Positions 47,770 to 63,632 of a DNA stretch of 64,000 bases are shown here, in pieces. Origin of the DNA: the human T2T-CHM13v2.0 reference genome, Homo sapiens. Position 1 is the stretch's first letter, and every line of letters begins with the position of its first letter. The DNA is taken from NCBI RefSeq assembly GCF_009914755.1, contig NC_060926.1. The stretch is one strand, 5' to 3'. Below the pieces are notes generated by a model. It saw nothing but the letters and a program-made list of their open reading frames with translations, searched no databases and had not been told where the DNA came from. The position numbers and the translations under genes were made by a program.

Positions 47770-49500
47770 CTCAGTCCTCTCCCCAGTTGTAATCCAAGCC
47801 TTCCACATCTTTCCTGTATGTGCATAACCATGTTATTTTGCTTTCTTATGAAAATGAGATTATGCATACTGTTCGATAATCTGTTTCAGATTAAATATAT
47901 ATATATGGTGAAAGTCTTGCCATATGTAGCTCTATTTTATTGTAATGTTGGCGTGGTACTGCATTGTGTAGATGTACCAAATTATAGTTAACTGTCACTT
48001 ACTATGTCCTGTCCGTATATATTGCCCAGTATTCTTCAAAATTATCTGTTTCTCATTAGACTACAGATTTCATTAATCCTTTGTGAAATATATGGCAAAT
48101 ATTTTCAAGAATTATCAATGCTTTGGTTTAAAATGCCCAGGCTTTTTATCTCAGGTAAGAAGGTAGTCCCCACTCAAAAATTCTTAAAATCTTCTCCTAT
48201 ATTGCCTGTTAATTCTCTTTTTATGATTTACTCATTAAAACATCTGAAAATGATTTTTGTATGCTAAGATAAGGATTTAATTTTTTTCTTTGTTTTTATG
48301 ACTAGGCAGCCATTTTTTCCTGAAATCATTTGTTGAAATCATTTCTCTCCCAACTGACTAGAAATACCTCCTTAATATCGTAAATTCTCAAGTGTACATG
48401 CATCTTTTCTTTAGACTCATCTGTTGCTTTGATCTTTTTGTCTCTTCCTTTAAAAATACCAATCTGCTTTGATATTACGTTTTCTAGTAATTCATAGGAC
48501 AAGTCCCTCTTCATTTTTCCTTTTCAAAATTTTCTTGAATATAATTGCATTATCTTTGAGATAAAATTTAACATAAACTGTTCATGCTTCATTAAAATAC
48601 TCTTTTTGGGATTTAACCATTATATTTTCTTATATTTTGTGACTGGTATGTAGATGAGTGTTTATGTATCTGGCCAACTTTCTAAATTTATTAATTTTAA
48701 TAAATTGTTTCACTTGAATTTTCTAGGAAAACAATCATCTAATTATAATTCATCTTATCTCTTTCTTTCTTTGCTTTAGTGAATTGCTGGCTTCCCCAGA
48801 ATAGTGGTAAATAAAACAGTGATTCTGGCCATCCTTTATCTTGTTTCTTAGTTTGGGGATGTTTTTATTATGTCATCATTAAATATGAAGTTACTATTAA
48901 TATCTAATAAATTATATTTATCAGGGAAGTTTCCTTTAATATTTCTAGCTCATTGTGATTTTTGCAGAGAACTGTTTGGATTGCATCCAAAGTCATTTTT
49001 GCAACTGGGGATGGGGAGTGTCTATTGTATTAGATAGCACTTTGAGAACAATTTTAAATAATAGATATTGGATGTTCATTTGGTGTGTATATTCATTACT
49101 TCTTAACATTTTTATCAGGAATGGAAGTTGGATTTTGTCAAATGGCTTTTTGACATCTATCATAACCTTTCATAGGTACTTTTCATCTTTGACCTAACAG
49201 GATAGTGAATTACTTTAGTATATTTGCAGTTTGTGAACCAATCTTACGCTTGGTCATGGTGTAATATTTAAGTATATATTGGTTCCTTTGGTAGCATTTT
49301 TATTTAAAATCAATGATTGAGATTCATTTTATACTCACCTTTTTCTGTTATTTTTGCTAGGTTTTGGTATCAAGGTTATGCTGGTTCCTAAAAAGAACTG
49401 GGCAGAGTTCCTCTTCCTCCGCTCTGATGTAGTTTAAATAGCCTAAGAACTCTGCTCTTTGAAGATCTGAAAGAATTCACTCATGAAACCATGTGGGTCT
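47770..49500 (-). mobile_element. Decayed L1ME-type remnants
   Basis: T-rich L1-like words (gctaggttttggtatcaaggttatgctgg; atcaggaatggaagttggattttgtcaaatg). Confidence 0.6.
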
Positions 49501-50965
49501 GGGAGTTCATTGTTCTTAAGACAGCAACAATACTCAGCAAAATGGTTCAGAACAAACAAAAACTCCTTGGAGTAAATACAATTGAATGAAAGAGTCTGGG
49601 ACACGGTAATGTCAAGAACTAAGAACAGCTGCTGTACTGATGCTGGTTATTTCCCCCCTACACACAACTTTTTTTTCATGGACAAGGAAAAATGCTGTAG
49701 GTAGGCTGAGGCTGTTAAGTAAAATGTCTTGCTATTCTTTCTCTTCTCTTCTTCAGTTATGTTACAGAAGCAAGGGTATTGCTTCTACATGGGCAAATTT
49801 GTCTATGCCCTGAAAGAAACCAAGAGTGAAACTCAACTGGGAAAGCATCAGTTTCACTTTATTGTCACTAGCTTCCCAATTTTGCCGGGAAATTTCTTAA
49901 TTTAAAGGTAATAACCAAGCTGACATTTTACTGTAGCCAAATCCTACAGAGGGTTTCAAAATGAGTGGGTGAAAAAATATACAAGCTTAACATGCTTATA
50001 CTTATTTAACATGAAGTGAAAATCATTAGCATAGTTCAGGTATGTGCATGGTATGTGCACGCACATGGGGCAGTGCTGTCATCTAACAGAAGCCCACCTT
50101 TTTACTTGACTAATGGTTTACTGTTAATACCTCGATAATAGTGTAATCTTTGATAGACTTTTATAAATGATTATTTCAAATGCTTTTTGATCACCTTCAA
50201 GAATATGACCTGAGACAGGTAATGTAATTTAGCAGTTTGCATCTATGAACTGTGGAGGATACCTACAGACACTGAAGTGTTACTAACAGTAGGATGCAGG
50301 CATTATGTGAATGCGTGGGTATTTTATTTCCATTTATGGGCTACTATAGCAAAAATAATTGGGGAGTTGCCCTATGATGAAAGAAGACTGCATGTTTTTT
50401 AAAACCATACCTTTGTCCAAAAGCAAATGGTAAATAAAAATAGACTGTTGACATAAAGCTTCGCTATTTCGATGCTATGCATTAGCTGATTGACTGTTAC
50501 TGTTTATCCTTTTTGTTTTCTAACACCTTATAAGCATAAAATATTACTGTTTAATTGCAGTTCGTTTGTGTTCAGTTACGTAAAGCCTAGTTTTAGTTTC
50601 TATTTCCTGTAGGATTTATGCTGTGGCTGCCATTTCCCACCTGTTATCTCCTATGCTTGCTGCCATGGTTTTGAATCATAAATACAGGGAAAGAGGAGGC
50701 TATTATTTAGATATGTAACAAAAATCGCTTTATAGTTCGGAACCAAGATTATGATTATCTTCAGGAAGGGATAACAGAATATGAAATGAACTACCTTTTC
50801 AGTGAGTTGTTAATTAATTTTCAAAGTCTTTTGAACTAAGTGCAGTATTTGGTCACTGTTCAAATAAGTTGAGGGTAACTGGTACCAAGCCCTATGCAAC
50901 TGAAAACAGGCTTTGGGACTTATGTAGTACATGTGTCACATTTTCCAATTCCTAATCTATAAAAG

Positions 50966-51073
50966 CTTTTTAAATTGTGGTAAAATTCACATAACATAAA
51001 ATTTACCATCTTAACCTTTTTTTAAAGTATATGGTTCAATAATGTTAAGTGCATTCACATTGCTATGCAACCA
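50966..51073 (-). mobile_element. L1MB 3'-terminal fragment
   Basis: attgtggtaaaattcacataacataaaatttaccatcttaacc.. Confidence 0.75.
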
Positions 51074-52881
51074 AGAAAAACATTTTTAAAGGGACGTATT
51101 TTTCTTAAGGAAAAGAGTTTGGGAAGTAAATGATGGCAATTGTTTGTCTCATGGAAAATTTCCTGGACAGTAACTTTTTACCTTCAGAGATATATTCTCT
51201 ATAAATGGTAATTATCAGTAGTAAGTTATGAGAGTAAACATTTTGAGTACTAGTGATCTATAATAGCTTTTACTTAACACCAATACTTTTTTTTTTTTTT
51301 TTTTTTGCAAAAGGAAGGGTCTACTGAAAATAGGTTGCTAACATTGACAACAAAGTATTTTAAGTCATTGCAGTAAGGAATTACTGGAAATTGAGTAGAC
51401 AAAATTAATATGAGTTCCATTTTGATGGTTACTTAGCAAGTTGAACTTATGAGAGTCTTTGAAATAGTTGCAGTATGAGAATTGTTCTATTGAACAGCGA
51501 AACAACCCAATCAGGTAATAGTTTTTCCAGAGAGTGACTTGCTATAAGGGACAGAAGTTAGAGACTTAGATTCTTTCAAAATAAAGGATTTTTTTTAATT
51601 GCTTGAAGAAGGATTTTTGGAATCAGCAAATCAACTGTTATTGTGAGAGATTTAAGTGGTTTTACTATTCACAACCATTTATTATGTGGCATTTACTGGA
51701 ATGTGGTTTCATAACCTCAAGTATTTGGAATCCCAAAAGTAGAAATGCCTTTCCCTTGAGATTGTTGTTTCTCAACCTTTAAAAATCCATATTTCCTTTC
51801 TGATAAACATTAAAATCTCACAAATCCTAGAGGATTGTAATACATGTTCCTTCCCATACAGTCCTACTCCTCCTCTACACCTCACCATACTGACTACAGA
51901 CTTTCTCTTCTAGTTCCCTCATCTGTGAATATTATGCAAAGTCCTTCTTTATATGATTTATGTAATAGATTTTTAATATTAACTATTTCAAAATTGTATA
52001 TCCTTCCTCCCCCATCTTCAGATTCTAACATTGCCCCTAGTCAGAGGAGAGGATACCCCTTAAAGATTACTCAGTTCAGCACAGCCAACTGAGCAGTGCC
52101 ATGTTTACGTTCACCTCAGAGGAGTAGAACATCACATGCCTGCTTTCCCTTTTGGTGTTATACTGTTTAGTTGTGCACTTAAACCCATAACATTTGATAA
52201 ATAGTCTCAGAGAAAGAAGTATTACTGGAGAAAAAAAGGAAGTAAGGCAAAACTGAGACTCATGGGTGTGGTCTTTGACAGTGAAATCTTTTAGCTCTTG
52301 CAAGATCACATAGAAAATTTCACCAAGTTCTAACATCCAGCAAAATGGAGAACATGTACTGGGGACCTTTGGGTTTAACCAGTGAGATTGTCTTGTTTAT
52401 CCTGTTGCATTTAGCCTTCCAGCTTATGGAAAAATACAAAATTCAAATTCTAACACTGCTGGATTTATGATATTTAAGGTTTCTATTATATCAGCTGCCT
52501 GGATGGAGCACAGAAACAGCGTAGTACAATATGCTATGGGTATATTCATGACCAAAGTTTACAATGTGGAAGGAGAATAGAAATGCAAGAGGTCAGTTGG
52601 GGAATTAGCTGCTTGTGTTATATAACTCCTTAAAAGTGGAAAATGATCACAAGTAAATGTGAGTAGTGACAGTTCTCTTCCATTTCCTTTCTTCAGGTAA
52701 GGAAAACACACTTAATATTTTTGAGTGTCTTTAAAGATCTTCCTAACCATCCAAAAGAGAAGATGTCTTATTTATGTGTATATGTCGTGTTGTTGACTGA
52801 TTTTTTTGCTTTTTACTCCTGATGTGTTTTGTGGGTGAGAAGGCAAGCATGTAACTAAGATACAGAAAAGACCAAGATGTA

Positions 52882-53067
52882 GTGGGGCACAGTGGCTTGA
52901 CGCCTATAATCTCAACTACTCAGAAGGCTGAGGTGGAAGGATTGCTTGAGGCGAGGAGTCCAGGCTGCAGTGGGCTATGATTGCACCGCCACACTTGCTG
53001 CACTCTACCCTTGGGGGACAGAGTGAAGCTCTGTCTCAAAAAAAAAACAAAAAACAAAACAAAAACA
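52882..53067 (+). mobile_element. FRAM-type Alu monomer
   Basis: Single right-arm monomer with an (aaaac)n tail. Confidence 0.8.
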
Positions 53068-53717
53068 CAGAATTTGTCTTTCATTCACTGATTCACCTCT
53101 TTATGTACTACAGTGGCAACTTTTCTGAAATAGAATATGAACTCCTCTTATTCATAGCCCAAGGGGTTGGGAAAGGCTGGTGGCTTTCTTTTCTAGGGCA
53201 AAGTGGAAGGAGTAGCAGTTATTCAAGGTGGTTTCCTTTCCCCATCCTGAAACTGCTTTAGATTTGAGTTGGTCTCTCACCACAAGTGTGAACTCTGGCA
53301 GAACATTTACCCAGAAACAGAATAGGCTCAGCAGTTGGGGAAACCCAGCAGAGGGGCCTTGCCTGCCTCCCAAATTACTCACACTTGTCTCAACCACCTA
53401 CAAAAAAGTAGACCTTACTAAAGAATGACTAATCATCCTGGGGTCAAGATGGCGAAAATCCTACCTTTAAGCCTTTGATTCTCTTCAAACGTGGAATTCC
53501 AATGTATATATACATAACTGATCAAAGCTCAGATGTTCTGGTTGAACAGGCAGTTAGAGGTGGAACATGATTTGGCTCATACACTGTCAGCCTCAGTGCA
53601 GCTCCAGAGGCACCACTACTTACCCTTGATTACTACTTTCTTTATCCAGGATTGGTTGGCTGTCATTTGGCAGGATAATGGCTGCCAAAGACAACAGACT
53701 TAAGATATTGTATCTAT

Positions 53718-54481
<764 letters not shown>

Positions 54482-54499
54482 CTATGAAATAAGGAGGGA

Positions 54500-55975
<1,476 letters not shown>

Positions 55976-55989
55976 AGAGGGGAGAGAGC

Positions 55990-56190
55990 TAGAGATTGTG
56001 CTTTAGCAACAGAGACCTAGGTTTATCTGGTTCTTCCATTTTCTAATTCTGTGCCTTATGCAACTTATTTACCCTTTTGAAGCTCAGTTTTGAAGTTCAG
56101 TTTCCTCCTCTGTAAAGGGAAGACAATATATGCTTCTGCAGAGGGAAGATTAAAAATGAGGTAGTTTATGTAAAGCACCTGCAAATAGAT
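55990..56190 (+). mobile_element. MIR SINE
   Basis: agacctaggttt..ctgtgccttatgcaacttattta..cagtttcctcctctgtaaa..gaagattaaa..gtaaagcacct. Confidence 0.7.
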
Positions 56191-58779
56191 CTTTGTTCCG
56201 ACCCTAACCCCAGTGCTTCCCATGATCAAATAGGGAACCACCTTCTTCATTGTTGGGATGATTGCCATCCAAACAGAAGACTGAGATTGTCCTTCTTATC
56301 CATGACTCTTTGTGCCTCTTTGAATTAAAGGCATGTCTTTGAGATCTATCTTGTCTCTCAACTATCTGTAGATAGTTTGAGAATTGAAATAGAATTAAGA
56401 TGATTAGAGTATTGATAGGAGGAACATCAAGTTAAAAGTGTCATTGCTACTTAGTGGGAGATGGGCTATGGTCAGTCAAATTTCTCAACAAGAACTTCAA
56501 CAAATGCCATTAATAGAGAAAACATTTGTTTTCTCTATTAATTAAGTTGATGAGTTGTGGAAGTTTTATGGAAGCAAGATGAACAAAGTGCTGTTGCTCT
56601 GGGCCATCTGCCAAAGTATCAAAATACCTTTATTTATTTATTTGAGAAAGTCTTCTACCTTAGCAACTGCTATTTTTGTTCCGAAATTCTATATACTTCT
56701 TGTAGAATAATTAAAAAGCAGATCACTATGGGAAAAAAGGCAACTTTATGAAAGCCTGTTTCCCTGCGTTGGTGCATATTTGTATAGCATTTTATAGTGC
56801 TTTCCAAGCTATGACTCGACCCCCTATGGCAGTAATTTTAAATCCATCTTACATCTCCCCACTGTACAAAATTAGATCCAGGAGTCTTGGACAGGGTTTG
56901 GTAATGTATTTTTTAAAACCACCGTGGATGATTCTAATTTACTGACAGGTTGCGAACCAATGTCCTACAGCCTGACTCTACGCCAAGATTCTGAATTGGG
57001 AGAAATGGGGGAACAGAGGTCCATAGAAAGGTTAAATGACTTGTTTACTCTCACCCATCACCAAGCCTGTCTAGACTGGACATGTATTGTATACTTCAAC
57101 TCTGATTTTATCTTCAGTTGACTAGGCTTTTTAATTTAGAGTATCTGATCTAAATTGCCTTAGCAGAGAAATTAGTACATTTTACACAAGATGTGGTATA
57201 GTTAAAAATATCATTTGCAATCTTTATTTTATAGTGTCTTTTTATTTTTTTCCAGAGGCAAAAGGAAGTGAAACAGCAAATCTGAGTTTCTAATCAACTA
57301 TTACTTCCCCACAGTAGGGTGGCACAGCAAGTGTTAAGATTTACTAGGTCTGAATATTCATATTTGAGGTAAACTGGTGTGGCCTTGAAAAGGGTAGAAA
57401 GTTGGGTAATTTTGGCACAGATGCAAGTTTGGAATGTTGATCTGTTGGGCTGCCCAGGGATTTTTGTAGCCTTCTCTTTAGGAATATTCAACAGTCTGAA
57501 GGAGAGAACTTGTTGCATGGTACTGGATTAAAAATATTAGATCTGGTTTTAAGCTAATATGTTAAAGTCATACCCTAAACATCTTCAGAATGGCTGAAAA
57601 TGGAGATCCGGAAATCTCTGAAACCTTATTTATTTTTTCATTAGAGTTCTCACAATTACTTCTAATAAAACAAGTTGTGACTTGCAAATCCAGCAGCCTA
57701 TGGATGTCCTCAGGGAAATTAAAAACAAGGGATATGAAGAGCTGTAGAGTCCTGTGCCAGTGGTTAAGAGCACAGAGTAAAGCTTTATAATTATGTAGGT
57801 TTTTGCCTGTTCCTATTTATCATTGGTAATGTTCTCAAGGCTAAATGGCTGCTCAGCTATTTTAAATTGTGATTTAAAGAGAAATTAGGCCCTTTTGTGA
57901 AAAGGTCCTCTATCTCTTGAAATTTCAACTCTTTTTTCATAGAAGAGCTCTCTTCCTCCATAGTGGTTTTTTCTGATACAGTAAATGACTCAGGGATACT
58001 CGAGGGGCAGCCAACTCGTTAACTCATAAGATTTTAACTACTTCTCTTTCGAAACAACTTTACCATTTATGAATCTTGTGTAGCCTGTGACTTCTGTTAT
58101 TGTCTTGTGTTTTGGGGGACCTTTTTGAGATTACTGAAAATATTTTTTTTCAAACTTTTCTGGTTAAGACCAGAGGATAGATACAAACTGTACCACTCTT
58201 TTGAAAAATCATTAGTACTACCTTATTATTTATTTATAAATCTGGTAGAGTAGAAGATACTTAAGGAAAATCTTGCATTCAAATACTCTGCCAGAGTTGT
58301 TTTTCCTGTTATTTAACAGCATAGAAAGGTTAACAAAGCAGAGCATTAGATAACATTTCTACATATTGGATTAATAGTCTTTTTACATAAAATAACAGAC
58401 ACAAAATGTCATACACTATTTTATGCATTTCCTAGTTTTCCTTCTGGCCTCCTTCAAAGAAATAATAAGTGGGCCTGTCCTCTTTTTTGGTTTATATTTG
58501 GTAGGAAAAACATGTACATCTTGTGCTATAAGGTGGTACAATAATGCGTATTGCTTTTCTCTATTGTTTTCTTTTCAAAAATGTAGTTTTTTTCGGCTTT
58601 TTTTTTTTTTTTTTTGGGGGGTAAAACGATTTTGGCCTAATTGGCCATCCAAGGATGTACTAGTATCAGGAGACATTAAAAACAGGACTTCAAGAATACA
58701 AACAATAGTGAAGGCATAGTTATCTTCATTTTTTTCCTATAGATAATTATGCAGGTGATGCTTTCTTCCTCTTTATTAT

Positions 58780-60045
58780 GATGTCTTTTCTAGCACTGTT
58801 GTCCAAAATTAGATTCAGTATCTTCCCTCTCCTCCTGAAAATTTTCTTTCTGTCACTTTATGTCTGGCTATCACCACTTTCTACTGGGTGTTTTGAAAAC
58901 CAGTGGCTGGTGAACCATCTGCAACAAAATCACCTGAGGCGCTTTGCTAACTAGAATGTAGATTCTGAGGTCCCATTTCAGGCCAACTGATTTGCAGTCA
59001 CAGGTACCTGAATTGCTGCCCTCTTGTCTATTGTGCACATCCAGTCGGCCACCAAATCCTGTTGATTCTACTCTTGAAATGCCTCTTGAATCCACTCATC
59101 TTTATTTCCCCTGCTCTAGTTCAAGCCCTCATCTTTTACCTAGAATACAGCATTAGTTGCCTGTGGTATAGCCTCACTTTGTCTCCCTCGCTAGTTTGTA
59201 GTCCATGCTGTTATCTGTTCTGTCTAAAATATGTCCATCATCTCCTTGAAAATCTCTCATTACTCCTTGTGTCAACATGTTAAAGTCTAAATTTCTTAGA
59301 GTGACATTCGAGGTCTACTATAGTCTAGCCATAACTGAGTCTGCTGCATGTGGTTTATGCAGCCAGTGTACTCTACAGCTCTATAGGATGCCATTCCAAT
59401 CATGGTCTTTATGTATGGTCTTCCCTAGAATTTTTGTAGTACAGCACAGTCATACATGCTGACCCTGACCATAGCTTATCATGGCACCCTCACCTCGCTA
59501 TCATCTCTGCACACATGCTAGACTTGCATAAACAGAATACTCCCTTCACTAAAATGCACCATATTAATGACTTTTCAGGGCCTCTGCTCTTTCAGAATGA
59601 ATGTACTTTGCCCACTCATTCTCTACTTGTTGAAACTCTTCTCATCTTTCGGGACTCTGTTTAAGTGTCAGATCCTCTGTGAAGCCTTCCACAATCCTTA
59701 TTTTGATTGTTCCTTCTATTGAGCCTTTATCTTGTTTATACCTTTTACTTAACAGTTTTCTTCTTCTTTTTAGGTAGAACTGTGAATGAAATGCGTAAAT
59801 CTCTAGTGAACCATTGGTTGAGGTCTACAAATGCTTATACCTGTGCTACACAGACCTCTGTGAAGATGTGCCCAGACCTTTTTTTTTTAAACATTTATAA
59901 TTGACCTTTTGGCTAATTATTTTCATGTGTGTCTGCCTCACTCAATTATAAGCTCTAATTGGAGAAAAAGGCAAAGACCATGACTGTTTTTCACTTTCCC
60001 AGGGAGAAAAGGAGTGCCTATTGTGTGTTCAACACTGAACCAGTC
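58780..60045 (+). mobile_element. L2 fragments with a MER5A insertion (~58900-59010)
   Basis: catccagtc..accaaatcctgttgattctac..; tcatctttcgggactctgtttaagtgtca..ctctgtgaagccttcc. Confidence 0.6.
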
Positions 60046-61239
60046 TTGAACATTGTACCAATCAGGATACAGCTCAGTTCCTCCTTTAGAGACCCACAAA
60101 ACAGTGGTTAAACAAGGGTTGCCTGCATCACAGTGTTCTAGGTGGCTTGTCACTGTAACATTCCAACCAGCTGGGAAAAAAGGTGAAAGGGAAAACTTGT
60201 TATGGAAGTTACACCCATTTGCCAATGACTAGCACGTAGTCACATGACCACACCAGCTAAAAATCAGAAGTATTAGTACTATAAGAGAAGGAGAGAATAG
60301 ATATTGAGGAACAAATAACATATCTTATATATATGGTCTCACTGAAGTTTTACTTAATTTTTACTGTATATATGGTCTCAATTTTTATTGTAACCCTACA
60401 ACTATGTATGATGTGAAAAGTGATGTTCAGAGTTCAGTAAATGGCTAGGAAATTGCAGATCTGGGGTCTGAATTTAAAGGCTGTATTTTTTTTCAGTCTA
60501 TTTAGTAAAGTGTTTAGGAGGGAATATATAAATGTTATTGAATAAACAAAAGTCACAGTAATTTTCACAGTATTACTTGTAATCACATATTTTTCATATC
60601 ACATATTTTTACAGTATCATATCATCTCTTTACTTCCAGGACACTCTATATATAAAGTTTACTCCTTGCTTCTCACCATTGTGAAATGAAATGCCCTAGC
60701 AACTGGTTTGCAATCAAGGCTTAATTTGTAACATAAATTAAGACAAAGCAGCTACTGTTTTTAAATATATGATATCATTTATGAGGAAAAATAAGTCACC
60801 ATATTTGCTGAGCAAAAGTTTTTATGTTGTGTATAGTTTGGTAATGTTATACAATTATAAAGTTAAAGGAGATTCTATTATCCAAACTCTTTGTCTTAAT
60901 AACAAAGAAAATCAAGGCTGCAGAACTTGCCTTTTCTTTCATTTCCACCTCTACTTGCTTTCAGGCATCATGGGGAAAGCTTTAGCGTAATCCGTCATGT
61001 TTATAGTAACCATCATTGTTATGCTTAAGAATTGTCTCAGGTTTGCATGGTTGTCCTGATCAGGAAAATCAAACTGAGCAGTGCATAAGAAATGCATATA
61101 ATCCTTGCCTGTTTTAGTAAAGAATTGATATTATTTAATATTAAAAACATCCTTATCACAGTGGGAAACCTGTTTGAAAAAGGATGACTGCCGTTTGATA
61201 ATTAAATAAAAGGAATGGGTAAGATCATTCCCACCTATA

Positions 61240-61790
61240 TCTCAACACTCTATTCAAATGCCACCTACCTCTCAAAGCCTTTCCTAAACTTCATAAATAG
61301 ATTAACTTTCCTCTCCAAACTCTAGCCTTTTGGATATCTTAGGATGCTCATATACTATATGCTTCAAGTTACAGTTAATGGTACCTTCATGGGAGGAGAT
61401 GTCATGTCTGATTCATTCTTACTGTATCAGTGGTACCCAGCACACTTCTGCTCATAGTTGGCACTAAATATTTTATCAAATAAGCATATTGACCATAACA
61501 CCCTGGGAGAGCACTTTGCAGCTGACTCTAATGAACAATCCTTGAACCAAGAATTTTAAAGATTTAATCTAGTTCATAACACAGCTTTATAGCTATAGAT
61601 AAGTCATTTAAGCCTTCTGAGCCTTATCAGTCAAAGAGGAATGTTAATATGTAATAGGAAATGAAGAATTGGTGAAAATACTTTGTGAAAGAAACATAAC
61701 TTTAAGATAGTACTATATCTGAATCCCTTGCTGTTCCCCATATGGTGCCTTACACATCATAAGCCAGCAAATACCTTGTTCTGATTGAAT
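61240..61790 (+). mobile_element. L2 3' ends and a MIR fragment
   Basis: tcaaatgccacctacctctcaaagcctttcct..; cccagcacacttctgctcatagttggcactaaata. Confidence 0.5.
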
Positions 61791-63632
61791 GGTAATGGGA
61801 TATATTTTATTAAAATCAAAGTTTTGCTAGGGCTGGGAAGCTTTACCAAAGGAAGAGAAAATTATCTTTCTTGCTCATGCTACCTCTCTTACTCCAGGAC
61901 AGTTTCATTATTGAACCAAGGGATCAATGAAAGAGGAAGCAGGGATTTTCTTGGTGTTTCTTCATGGACAGGCACACCATGGGCAATCACTGGGCTGGAG
62001 AGGTGGGACAAGAACCGACTGCCCTCAGTTTTGCTTGTCTGAACCACTGGTCTGGGTAGGAAAAAAGGAATTACTGCTAGATTGACAACAGTGGGTAGAT
62101 GAGAGTATCCAGGCTCCAGAAGAACTGCAGGGGACAAGATTGGGTTGGTGATTTGCATTGAGCTAGCCCTGCTACCTTCAGGGATTTCAGAATTTTTTTC
62201 TCATGTAATGGAAGGAAACCAGCAAACCAAATCCAGAAATAAAGCAAAACCCTAACTAGGAGAGTGTTTTCAAGGGAGAGATTGCTATAGCATCAGCCTC
62301 TTGGGTTTGGAGAATGAGCTTAACCATGAGATTTAGGTTTGAGCATGTTTACTATAAGTAAAAAGCATTTTCCTGGAGTCTGGCAAATATTGCGGAAGAT
62401 GTACTGAAATGTAATTGAAATGTAGCTGCCTCTTAATTTTATACTTAACAAATGCCAAAAATAAATAAATAAACAAGTGACTTTAAAGTTCAGGGTGTTA
62501 ATATTTGAAATCTGTCCAGTTTAATTAGCTGAGTCCCAGAGACTTTCCTTTTTCTCTGGTCAGTGTCGCTGATCTAACACCTAATTATCTTCTTGGTTGT
62601 GAAATAGGAATTAAAAGTATCATTTACTTATTTGTATCAACCTGGAACTTATTTCTTTAGCATACATTCTTATTTCAGGAAATAGGATGCATCCGTGTGG
62701 AATTTACTCAGTAGCTCCTCTCTCAGTGACATTTGTGTGATCTAATTCAAGGACCTGAAGGGATGGCTCCACATGATTTACTTGCATATGATGCAGCTGT
62801 TTTTAGTGCTGCATTTACATTTTTAAAAACAAGAATGCACCTTCTCGATAGAACAGACATGCATTTTTAACTCACAAACTCAAGAACTGTAGAAAAAGGA
62901 AGTTTCTTAGAAATTGGGTCCAAACACCTTTTTGTACTGAAGAAAAAGAAACTTTGGTCCCAAAAGATTTAGTGGCCCTTAACTAAGGGTCAGTCAGTAA
63001 TAGAACAAAGCAAGGGACTAGATGGATTTCCAGTTCGAGGCTCTTATTTGTCTCAGATCTAAAGGTACAGGTGTGGTTTATATTGACAATTTTTCATGAC
63101 ATGCAGCTTTTTAAGGCAGTGATAGATAGCTTAGCCGCTTAGCTACTTAAAACCTCTAACTTCTGTATTAGTTTATTATAGTATATTATAGTCCCTGTGA
63201 CTACCTATACTTACTTTTTCTTTCCTCTTTGCATATTTATTTTTAATCTCATGTATTTTTTGTAAGTAGCCTTAGTATGTTTTCGAATGAAGCAGTGTCT
63301 AAAATACTCAAAATGATGCTTTTTATTAATGCTAACTGCTTATGTTTCCATAGTGTCTATGTCTGGGCCAAGATCCTAGCAACATTAATTATCGTAACAG
63401 GATTTCAACTTTTTCATCTATCAGAGGTAGCAGTAGAAACTAACTTCCTAAGTGGAATGCATAAAGAATTGCCATTTCTTCAGTTTTTCAGAAAGTAATG
63501 ACATTGTTATCCAAAACCCTGGAATTGTTTTTATTGAGCCTGGTAAATTACTTAAAATGTATTTAGTATCTTAAAATGAAAGACTTTGGCTGAAAGATTA
63601 CTTGCATGTGGGTATTAAAAAAAAGTTGTGAT

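Noticed and set aside
47698-47991. 97-aa ORF just downstream of the candidate exon
   Set aside because: Non-ATG start in the ORF track, runs into decayed L1 sequence, and has no recognisable homology.
50590-50770. Acceptor-like tatttcctgtag at 50612
   Set aside because: No convincing partner donor was found nearby, and such acceptors are frequent in AT-rich introns.
60553-60626. Short atcacatatttt / tcacagta repeats
   Set aside because: Low-complexity slippage with no higher-order structure.
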